NCBI GenBank assembly: GCA_964478725.1
Contig: CAYZKS010000004.1
Location: 9,031-49,173 of the forward strand
DNA length: 40,143 nt
Source of the DNA: an uncultured Anaerolineales bacterium
GTDB lineage: Bacteria; Chloroflexota; Anaerolineae; UBA2200
Direction of reading: 5' to 3'
Shown here: piece after piece, positions 9,003 through 17,700 of the stretch
How positions within the stretch are numbered: position 1 is the stretch's first letter
Layout: every line of letters starts with the position of its first letter
The notes under the pieces: generated by a model
Database searches by the model: none
Seen by the model: only the letters and a program-made list of their open reading frames with translations
Told to the model about the DNA's origin: nothing
Position numbers and translations under genes: made by a program

Positions 9003-9167
9003 CTAGGACTGCAGCCGACGCAGAATGGTCTGCATCAGAAGCAGCACTTTGGCGTATAGGTCTTGGAAGATGAGATAAGTCGGCAGGAGCAGGGCGAGCG
9101 TCACCAACAGGTACTCCATCGCTTCCGCTCCGCTCTCATCATGCAGAAACCTTCGCAACGTGTGCAT
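9003..9167 (-). CDS. flp: Second Flp family pilin (54 aa, absent from ORF track)
   Basis: Manual translation MHTLRRFLHDESG-AEAMEYLLVTLALLLPTYLIFQDLYAKVLLLMQTILRRLQS*; GAGGAG RBS. Confidence 0.88.
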   Translation of the reverse strand: MHTLRRFLHDESGAEAMEYLLVTLALLLPTYLIFQDLYAKVLLLMQTILRRLQS

Positions 9168-9265
9168 TTAACTCCTCACGGCCATACCCGGCGGAACGCG
9201 CAGACATACCACCGCGCCCCTGGGGCGTTCGGTTGCATACCACAGGTTCCGACGTCACCCAGCCA

Positions 9266-9293
9266 TGGGGGATGCGGGCACCCGCATCCCCCA
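9266..9293. other. Perfect GC-rich hairpin between the two flp genes
   Basis: TGGGGGATGCGGG-CA-CCCGCATCCCCCA. Confidence 0.75.
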
Positions 9294-9370
9294 GCCTCAC
9301 GGGACATGTCCGCTCGAGCTCTGCCGTGCGGTAGGAGGGGGCCCATCCGCAGCGGCACCATGGGTCAGAA

Positions 9371-9547
9371 TTACGGGTTGTACCCGATGACTCGGTTGAT
9401 GACTTCGACGACCCGGTCCCCAGCTCGCCTGATGGCTGCACCGATGTTGGGGAACACCGCCCAGACCACCAGTGCCATGATCAGAATGATGAGGATCGTC
9501 TCTACCAAGTCTTGTCCGCTTTCGTCGTTCCAGAACCTTCTGAGCAT
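9371..9547 (-). CDS. flp: Flp family pilin (likely the major pilin)
   Basis: MLRRFWNDESG-QDLVE followed by a hydrophobic helix; GAGGAG RBS; alternative in-frame ATG at 9601. Confidence 0.9.
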   Translation of the reverse strand: MLRRFWNDESGQDLVETILIILIMALVVWAVFPNIGAAIRRAGDRVVEVINRVIGYNP

Positions 9548-9681
9548 GCTAGTACTCCTCTCCCTTCTCTGCAATGTCCCAACCCTGTGGATAACCTGCA
9601 TCGTACCTCCCCGGTACTGGGAAGCTGCGTTTGATGTTGAAACGCTGCAGGACTCGCCGCAGAACCCGGTCCGCACTTTGC

Positions 9682-10305
9682 TTACACCGACGTAATCAGG
9701 CTCATCAGCAACGGAAATATGGCCAAGATCAAGGCAGCCAAGAAGACTCCGCCGATCATAGGGAACGTCAGCCGAATCGGTGCCTGCTGAATCTGATTGC
9801 GGATGCTGCCGCGAATCTCATCTTCCACCTGGGCCACGGTAATGGACAAGGCCTGATCGTACGTGATTCCGCCGTTTCGCGCCGACTCCAGACGCTCGGG
9901 CAGCAGTTGCAGGTGGTCCGACTTGAAGTCGTCAGCCAGACCCTTGAGCACTTCCTCGGGTGCAATGGACAGACGCGACTCCACGTGTTTGTCCAGGCGC
10001 TGCCCAAAGATACCCCGCTTCTTGAACTGGTCGGCGGCCGCGATCAGTGAACCGCTCAAGGTCTGATTCATCGAGGTGCCAAGTTGTAGGCTGACCGCAA
10101 AGTCGCGAATCTCAGTCAGGTCTGCTTTGTACTCCTGCTTGCGCCCCAGCCTGGTCAACAAGCGCGTCCGGCGCTCCTCAGCGTGGCGACTGAAGCGCTT
10201 GCGTTGAAACGACCAAATGCGCCGCAATTCATAATCAATCCCAGTGCTGGCCACCACGCCCACAATGGCTATCACCAACAAGATCGTTGCCATCTGTTGG
10301 GTCAC
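9682..10305 (-). CDS. TadC-like platform protein
   Basis: N- and C-terminal TM helices, RLTFPM..FL motif, position after tadB. Confidence 0.7.
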   Translation of the reverse strand: MTQQMATILLVIAIVGVVASTGIDYELRRIWSFQRKRFSRHAEERRTRLLTRLGRKQEYKADLTEIRDFAVSLQLGTSMNQTLSGSLIAAADQFKKRGIFGQRLDKHVESRLSIAPEEVLKGLADDFKSDHLQLLPERLESARNGGITYDQALSITVAQVEDEIRGSIRNQIQQAPIRLTFPMIGGVFLAALILAIFPLLMSLITSV

Positions 10306-11132
10306 GAGATTCGCTCCCCCAGCTTCTGTGTCTCACGGTCGATGTAGTACGAGCTGCCTAACATCACGGTCAACACAGTCACATACACGAACTGGCCGAA
10401 CGAAGTGGTATAAGCTTGCCGTAGCATGGGAACCAGAGCTACCGCCAACAGGATCGCACCCGCTACCACCTGCATGATCTTGGTTTGTGTGCCGATCGAT
10501 GCCAAGTTGGACTGGACTTCCCGACGCAGCTCCGCATGTGAGCGCAGTCGCATTTCCAGGCCCTGCAGGGCCTTGACCACCGCATCGGGGGCCGCATTCT
10601 CCGCCATTTCCAGGATGTACGCAAATTGACTCAGGTAGACGTTATCGGTGCGTTTGCGCAATTCCTCAAAGGCGCGCTGCGGGGACGAGGTCAGGAAGAA
10701 GGTCTGAGCTGTGGTCTTCATCAGGCTCCGCAACGGACCGGTAGTCCTATCCGTCACCTTCTCCATCATGGAGAACACCGAAGGTTGCAGAGTGTATTCA
10801 GCACGAAAGGCCATTACGAATTGCAGAATCTGGTCCGTGTTTAGCCGCCGGCGCTCACTCTCCATGCGCTGCAGGTCGCGCCACAAAACCAACCCCGCTG
10901 CAATCACCAGATACAGCGAGATCAAAGGCACTCGCATCAGAAGTGCCAGCAGCACCAGCACGCCCGGGACCACAAGCTGCTTCCACGACAGGCCCTCCGG
11001 CAGGTAGCGCGCCCGGTAACGCCGCAGCACTGGCGCCAACGCAAGAGTGCTCGTGTCTCCTACCAAGAAGAGGAGCACGATCAGCAAGGCTGCTCCGAGC
11101 AGCAGGATCCGGATGGGATCTAGGCCTGCCAT
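10302..11132 (-). CDS. TadB-like platform protein
   Basis: T2SSF-like topology with two C-terminal TMs; follows the CpaF ATPase. Confidence 0.75.
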   Translation of the reverse strand: MAGLDPIRILLLGAALLIVLLFLVGDTSTLALAPVLRRYRARYLPEGLSWKQLVVPGVLVLLALLMRVPLISLYLVIAAGLVLWRDLQRMESERRRLNTDQILQFVMAFRAEYTLQPSVFSMMEKVTDRTTGPLRSLMKTTAQTFFLTSSPQRAFEELRKRTDNVYLSQFAYILEMAENAAPDAVVKALQGLEMRLRSHAELRREVQSNLASIGTQTKIMQVVAGAILLAVALVPMLRQAYTTSFGQFVYVTVLTVMLGSSYYIDRETQKLGERIS

Positions 11133-12346
11133 CTTTCGATCCCTTCCATCAGGGGAGTCCAGCCATCGCCCTTGCGTTGCTTAAGGGTATGCAGGACGTA
11201 TTGCCCGTTGTCGTAGCCATCTACAGCCAGAATCTCCTGCAGGAAGCGCACATAGTGCCCTCTCTTGGCATCATAGTCCTTGTTGAGGTGCACTACCAGG
11301 CCCAGACCGTGGCCGATGACCGGTCGCATTTCCTCGATGGCGATGTCCTTACGCGCGAGGTTCTCCAGACGGAACAGGGCCATACGGGCGCTCTGCGAGT
11401 GCGTCGTGGTGTGGCTCACGATGCCCAGGTTCAACGCAAGGATGTACTCCACGGCTTCTCCGGACACCACCTCGCCGATCATCACCACGTCGGGGCGCAT
11501 GCGCAGGATGGCCGTGTTGATGGCATCGCTCATCTGCCCGGTTTCTTCCTCCACCACCAGGTGGTGGAAATGCTCAACCTGCGGCTGCAATTCCTCAAAG
11601 GTCTCCACTACAGATACCTGCGCACGCTCTGGAAGATGCTGCGAGAAGGCGTTTAGCCAAGTGGTCTTGCCAGCACCCGGGCGCCCAGAGAAGACCACGC
11701 TGACCTTCATGGAATTGGCCACCTTGGCCAGGAAGTCGATGGTCTCTTCGTCAGCACTGCCCTTCTGCACCAGATCCTCAAGCCGCAGTTTCTTGCGAGC
11801 GAAACGCCGGATATTGATCGCCGTGCCTTCGCGACTGAGCGGCGGGATGGTGGCGGCGAAGCGTGAGCCATCCGGCAATCCCACCTTGATCATGGGGTCT
11901 GCTGCGCCCAGGCCTCTACCCGACATGTCCGCGATGCGCCGGGCCAAACGATAGAAATAGGCATCTTCGCCCAACTGCCCAATGGGCTTGAGCTCCCCCA
12001 TGCGCTCCACCGTTACATACCCGTTGCGCACGATGATCTCTTCGAGGTCTTCTTCCTCCAGGAAGGGGTGCAGCACGCCGAGCCCGATGATGCGCTTCAC
12101 CAGCTCCCTGGCGATCTCTTGCAGGTCCGCCTCTGCCACCGGCAGCTGCAACTCTCTGACAGCGCGCAATACATTGGCGCGGAAGGCAAAGTCCTGTTCG
12201 TCTTCGTGTCCGTCCGAACTACGCCAAGTAGGGACAGGGACCTCCCTATCCACACACCAGTCCTGGACCAGGGTCGCATAGTGATTGAGGTTGTGCACCC
12301 GCTCCAGTTCTTGGATTCTGGTCTGGGAACTCCTGGACTCGGACAT
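11120..12346 (-). CDS. cpaF: CpaF/TadA pilus assembly ATPase
   Basis: LPDGSRF, INIRRF, Walker A GRPGAGKTT, LRMRPD..IGEV, HTTTH. Confidence 0.92.
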   Translation of the reverse strand: MSESRSSQTRIQELERVHNLNHYATLVQDWCVDREVPVPTWRSSDGHEDEQDFAFRANVLRAVRELQLPVAEADLQEIARELVKRIIGLGVLHPFLEEEDLEEIIVRNGYVTVERMGELKPIGQLGEDAYFYRLARRIADMSGRGLGAADPMIKVGLPDGSRFAATIPPLSREGTAINIRRFARKKLRLEDLVQKGSADEETIDFLAKVANSMKVSVVFSGRPGAGKTTWLNAFSQHLPERAQVSVVETFEELQPQVEHFHHLVVEEETGQMSDAINTAILRMRPDVVMIGEVVSGEAVEYILALNLGIVSHTTTHSQSARMALFRLENLARKDIAIEEMRPVIGHGLGLVVHLNKDYDAKRGHYVRFLQEILAVDGYDNGQYVLHTLKQRKGDGWTPLMEGIERWQA

Positions 12347-12358
12347 CTCTCACTCCAC

Positions 12359-13564
12359 CTAGTTGCCCGTATTGGGCAGGCTGGCATTGCCCGTGGGCGG
12401 GCAGGTAGCATCGGAGGTGGTCTCCCACGTGCACTGAAACGCCGCAGCGCCTGCCGTCACAGTCGTCGTGAACTTGGTATTCGCTGGAAAGCCGCCCGGA
12501 CGCTCAATCAGGTGCGAGGCCGTGCCTGGCGCAGGGTGAAAAAACTGCTGGCTGAAGTGCTGCACCCGATCCTGATCCGTGACCTCGATGGTAATGGGGA
12601 ACGCTCCTGCGGGCGCATAGTTGAGCGTCACAACAGCCCAGAGCGTACTCGTGCCGTTAGAGAACTTTTCGCATTGAGTGCCATTCCTAGCAGCGCTCAT
12701 GTACACGCTTCCACTGACAACAGAGACTGTTCCGCCAGGCACAGTCGTGGCGTTCGGGCCTCCCGGCGTGGATGGCTCGCTCGTCGGCTGCAGCGTAGGC
12801 TGTGGTGTCGGCGTGGGCCTCCGCAGAGTGGGAACGGGCATAGGCGTGGTAATCGCCGCGGGCTGCGGTGCCAGCGTCACCCAGGCTGAGTAGTCACGAC
12901 TACCCAGGAATGCGATGATAGCCTGCGCTACCCTGGGCTCGGCTGCATACACGACCACACTCGCCGGCTGAGCACCGGCCAAGCCGCCCCCCAGGCTGCC
13001 AAAGTCGAGCGGGCCGCCGCCGCTGGGCGTGGGCGTCCCCGACACGCTTGCCTGCCCTGCCGTCGCTTGTTCGCCGGTTTCCGTGCGCACGCCGACCACC
13101 AGGATGTTGCTCGCCACCAGGACAAGATCGCCGTTGTCTTCGTCTTCATCGCTCTTGCGATAGGCATACACGTTGATCCTGTGCCCCGGCCGCACCTGCC
13201 CGCCCACCAGCTCGCTGAACACGGCCTTGAAGCTGCCGATCTCCAGGCCCATGTCCCCCCAGAAACGGAAATCCTCTGGCAACAACGCGTTGGCACGGGT
13301 CAGTCCGGTGCCTTTCTTGATCAGGGTTGTTGCCATGTACCCATCCAGTTTGTCTGCGGAGGTGTAGTAGCCGCCCGCCATGGCGCTGGGCACGGTAGTG
13401 GTGCTCACCTGACTGGAGCTGATGAACGTGTAGGGCTCTATGTTCTCTCTGGCGGCCAAGACCACGACTGCGCTCGGCGCCGCCGGTCCCTTCTGGGTCG
13501 GCAAGAGTTTGAAGGCGACCAGAATGACGACCAACAGGAGCAACAAGACCTTGCGGTTTCTCAT
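12359..13564 (-). CDS. CpaB/RcpC-like protein (SAF domain) with P/T linker, extra C-terminal domain and terminal LPNTG
   Basis: N-terminal TM, VVVLAARENI, VGGQVRPGHRINV, NILVVGV. Confidence 0.75.
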   Translation of the reverse strand: MRNRKVLLLLLVVILVAFKLLPTQKGPAAPSAVVVLAARENIEPYTFISSSQVSTTTVPSAMAGGYYTSADKLDGYMATTLIKKGTGLTRANALLPEDFRFWGDMGLEIGSFKAVFSELVGGQVRPGHRINVYAYRKSDEDEDNGDLVLVASNILVVGVRTETGEQATAGQASVSGTPTPSGGGPLDFGSLGGGLAGAQPASVVVYAAEPRVAQAIIAFLGSRDYSAWVTLAPQPAAITTPMPVPTLRRPTPTPQPTLQPTSEPSTPGGPNATTVPGGTVSVVSGSVYMSAARNGTQCEKFSNGTSTLWAVVTLNYAPAGAFPITIEVTDQDRVQHFSQQFFHPAPGTASHLIERPGGFPANTKFTTTVTAGAAAFQCTWETTSDATCPPTGNASLPNTGN

Positions 13565-13583
13565 TTTTCCTCCACGCAGTCGC

Positions 13584-14561
13584 TCAACGCCCGATGAGTC
13601 GCTTCAGTGCACCCGAAATGCCTTCTGGCTTCTCATACCTCTTCCAGGCGCGTCCGTAGACGTACTGCAGAACCGCGGCGCCCAGCTTGCCCTCCCACTG
13701 GGTTACCCGGTCCTGGTAGGGCAGATCGAGCCCGCGCTCAGTTCCGGCCAGGGCCAGCGTGTCTGCTGTACCACGTTTCTCGTTCAACACGATGCTGGCT
13801 TTGGCTCCCAGTTCCGCTACGAGCTTGGTGGCATTGCCTACAGCATCGAGTCGAGGCGTAGTCACCACCAGCCACTCGTCTACTTCGGGCTCAATCGACT
13901 TGACGAGACCATGTGGTTGGATGGCATCTACCACAGTGAGGGTATGCCTTGCCACCTGCTTCTTGAGGTACTTGGCCAGTTGCTCCACCGGCAACACCCT
14001 GCAGCTCTCATAGTCCATTGGCACCATGGTCACACCCTTGAAAGAGGAAGGGCGCAACTCGGTATTGGACGTGAGGTCGAACATGTGGGGCATCTCCATA
14101 CCGGTGAGCGCTGCCAAGGCAGATACCCCGTGGACGAACTCAACCATCATGACCGGCCGCTCAGTCTGGCGCGCAAAGTGCAGCGCAGTATCCAGGGCCA
14201 GAGTGGTCTTCCCCACTCCACCAGAGTATGAGGTGAAGGCTATCGTCAGCTTGTCCGGCAGCTCTGTGCCACCTTTGGTACGGGTAGCATCCTGGGTCAG
14301 CTTGTCAGGCGCCATCAAAAAGGCTTCGCTGCTTGCCCAAGGCAATCTGCGTTTCTCTTGGGCCTCGGCCAACTGGCTCTGAATGACGCCAATCTCGTAC
14401 GGGTATTCGACGATGTCCTGGAAATCGATGATCACCAGATCGGCCGTGGGAATGCCCTTGGCAATTTGATCGGTGAAGAGCGCAGGTTCAAGCTCGACAT
14501 CCTTCATCGCACGCAATGCTTCCAGAACGGCCACCGACTTGGTAGCGACGAGGACTTTCAT
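13584..14561 (-). CDS. CpaE/TadZ-like MinD/ParA family protein
   Basis: Degenerate receiver-like N-terminus, SYSGGVGKTT; ATG at 14561 with GAGAGGGGG upstream. Confidence 0.8.
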   Translation of the reverse strand: MKVLVATKSVAVLEALRAMKDVELEPALFTDQIAKGIPTADLVIIDFQDIVEYPYEIGVIQSQLAEAQEKRRLPWASSEAFLMAPDKLTQDATRTKGGTELPDKLTIAFTSYSGGVGKTTLALDTALHFARQTERPVMMVEFVHGVSALAALTGMEMPHMFDLTSNTELRPSSFKGVTMVPMDYESCRVLPVEQLAKYLKKQVARHTLTVVDAIQPHGLVKSIEPEVDEWLVVTTPRLDAVGNATKLVAELGAKASIVLNEKRGTADTLALAGTERGLDLPYQDRVTQWEGKLGAAVLQYVYGRAWKRYEKPEGISGALKRLIGR

Positions 14562-14610
14562 GAAGCGTGCACCCCCTCTCTTCTGGCCCAGCGGCCGATA
14601 GTACGGGCCC

Positions 14611-14639
14611 ATTATAACATGGGCACATACCCTTGTCAA
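14611..14639 (-). promoter_or_regulatory. Consensus sigma70 promoter of the Tad operon
   Basis: TTGACA-17nt-TATAAT with extended TG. Confidence 0.85.
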
Positions 14640-14681
14640 TAGCTAGTAAATCACATTTCCCTGGCAGTTATGTGAAAAAGC

Positions 14682-14723
14682 CTGACCACCATACTGACTT
14701 TTTGCTGACTTTTTCATGACATT
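14682..14723. repeat. Phased direct repeats, putative wHTH operator
   Basis: TGAC cores at 14683, 14695, 14706, 14717; CTGACTTTTT exact twice. Confidence 0.65.
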
Positions 14724-14728
14724 GCCCC

Positions 14729-14757
14729 TGGACAGAAGCCGGATTCCGTGCTATAAT
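14729..14757 (+). promoter_or_regulatory. sigma70 promoter of the NACHT gene
   Basis: TGGACA-17nt-TATAAT with extended TG. Confidence 0.75.
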
Positions 14758-14790
14758 GCCTCCACCTCCTAAGCCCAAGGAGAATTGCCC

Positions 14791-17700
14791 ATGGCCGACA
14801 GCTCATTCCTACACAGACTCGGGGCGAGACTGGCACCGGAAGCGTACTTGAACCGGTATCTTGACAACGTGGCCAAGGCTTGTGATGTAGTGCTTCTTCC
14901 TGGCGACGACCAGCCGCGCTCCCTGGAATCGTTCTATCTCCCGCTGCACTTGCGCGACATGACTCCTCAGACCAGGGGAACGCCAGGGGGTCAGAACAAA
15001 ACCCAGGACATCTGGGACGCACTGTTCCGCTCGCCTCGCCTGGCGATCGTAGGCGAAAGCGGCGCAGGCAAGACAAGCACGCTAAAGCACGCTACCGCTA
15101 CTCTGGCACGCAAGAAGATGCCAGAGGCGTACGTCCGGCGGCTGACCTTTCTGCACCTCGGGCAGGCTTTTGCTTCGTTGTTGCCTATCTACGCTGACTT
15201 GAGCCAAGCGGACCCTGGCGCGGAGGATCTGTTGACCATTCTGGCCGAGGAGCTGCATGCCCATGGGTTTCCCGCGGCCTCGGGTTTCCTTAGGGATAGG
15301 TTCAGTCAGGGCGGCTGCATTCTGTTCCTGGATGGCATAAACAGGCTGACCTCAGACGCGACTCTTGGCAGGATCAAGGACCTACTGGCTACATACCCCA
15401 GGCTGCTGGTAGTGATCGCCACACGCACCTTCCGCACTCTGAGCACCTTGCCTGCCTTCGCCGGCTTTGAGTGCCTGCCCTTCACAGCTTCGAACGCAGT
15501 GGACTGGATCGGACGTAGGTTTGACAAGGACTCGCATGCCGCGGCTTCGCTGTCCCAGGCAATAGAGCGCAACGCCGGACTGCGTACGCTGGCCGAAAAC
15601 CCTTGGCTTCTTTCCATTCTGGCATCCGTCAAGGCGCCGGCGCCATCCTCCATTCTGACTCTACAAGCCCTTTACGAGCAGTGCCTGCGTGTTCTGATTG
15701 CAGAAGGCACTGACGCGGCCTCGAACTCGGGGCAGTCATCTGCCGGCAACCAGCCTCGGCAGCGAGCAGTGCAACAACTGGGGCTCTACGCTCATGAGCG
15801 GCACCTGGAGCAGTTCTCAGAACAGGAGATCCGCGCCGCCATCAGGCTGCTGCCGCGAACACCTGATGCGCTAGACGAAGCGACTCTGCTGGCCTGGATC
15901 ACGCATAGTCCGCTTCTGCGGCAGAATGGCGGCGAATCCTTCTCCTTCCTGCGGCAAGCGCTTCAGGAATACCTGGCGGCGCAGACACTGGTGGCAAGAG
16001 GCCCCATCGCAGAGGTTGTGCGCAACCATGCTGGGGATCCGTGGTGGCACGAGGTACTGGTGAATGTGGCGGCGCTGCAGGGCAATGCTGCGGAGGTAAT
16101 CGAAAACCTGCAGCCTGCGCCTGACCAGTCCCCGGCCTCCTTACTACTGGCAGCCCGTTGTGCAATCGAAGCCCCCAACACACCGCCCGAGGTAAGGCAA
16201 CGCCTGCGCGTTCAGCTCTTCCCAATTCTGCAAACAGAGGACTCCTTGCACTGGCGCCAGGCTGCGCTATGCATCGCTGCCTTTCAGGGCCAGCGCATCA
16301 GCGAGTTCTTTCCCAGAGCGTTGAGAGAAGGGAGCATCCAGGAACGACAGAATGCCGCCTTGGCCATGGGTCGCGTTGGCTCGCCAGACTGGGCCACCAT
16401 TCCTCTGCTAGGAGCCCTGGACGTCAAGTTCCCCGAGCCCGTGCGTAGACAGGCCGCCTGGGCTCTGGGGCAACTGAAAGACAAAAGGGCCGTACAACCA
16501 CTCATGGCCGTGCTGAGAGACAACCCGGACTTGGCCGCTGAGGCCGCCACAGCCCTCAGTGTCATCGCTGAACCGGCCGTCCCGCCACTGACAGCGGCGC
16601 TGAGCAGCAGCGATACACAGGTACGCCAGATGGCGGTAAAGTCATTGGGCAAGATGGGTGCTACGGCTCTGAGACCGTTGCTGGAGATCGTCCAGGACGA
16701 GAAGCGGGCCGATCAGGTGATCAAGGGAGCGGCAGAAGCTCTCGGACTGCTGGGCGATGCGCAAGCCGTACCGGCTCTGGCAGCGCTGCTGCGGTCCCGT
16801 CGCGGCAAGTTCGCCGAGCCGGCCGCAAACGCGCTTGCCGGCATTGGCGTTCCTGCGGTTCAGTCCTTGATCGAGGCTTTGCCGGCTCAGAGTGCCGAAG
16901 TAGAACTGCGGCAGAGCATCATCTCTGCACTCGTGGCCATCAGTCTGCCGTCCGTTCCAGCGCTGACCCAGGCCTTGGACAGCCCAAGCACAGCCGTACG
17001 TACGGCTGCTGAAGATGCCCTGAAGGGCATCGGCGCTCCAGCCAATCAGGCCCTGCTGCAGACCCTCCGCGGAGGTGATCTGAATCTACGCCGCAGGATT
17101 GCTGAGATCCTGGAAAACACTGGCGATGCGGCTCTGACAGAGCCACTCATAGGCATGTTGGCCGACAGGGCTCAGGACTCTGGTGTGCGAGTGCGGGCGA
17201 TGCACATCCTCGCCAAGATCGCGCCAGAGCAGGCGGTGAGTCCTCTGATCGAGGCCATGCAAAGGGATCGGGAGGAGGTTGTGCGCCGAGAGGCCGTGCG
17301 CACGCTCATGGACATCAAGAGCGAGCGTGCCGTGGGCCCACTGATCGACACGCTACAGGATGGCGCGCTGTGCGACCAAGCTACGGCTGCTCTATCGACC
17401 ATCGGCGAGCCGGCAGTCGAACCCCTGATCCTGGCCGTCAACGAAGGTCGCAACAGTGGCCTGCGGCAAGCGGCTATCAAGGCTCTGAGCAACATCGGCG
17501 CAGGCGGAAGGATAGGAGAGCCGACGCTGGCGGCTTTGGCGCGCGTCTACAGCCGCTTACTTGGCGAACAGCACACGCCGGATGCGCTTCTTGCTCTGAT
17601 CGAGAACATACGCTGGTGGAAGCACGGAGAAGAACTGTACCAGGCTTTCAACAGCGCCAAGGTGCTGGCACAGGCACAGGATCTCGACCAAGTGGCGCGT

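Noticed and set aside
9183-9243. Three CATACC(AC) copies upstream of flp2
   Set aside because: Short and irregularly spaced (22 and 31 nt); insufficient evidence for an operator.
9586-9594. Perfect DnaA box (TGTGGATAA)
   Set aside because: Single copy with no cluster or AT-rich unwinding region; compatible with chance.
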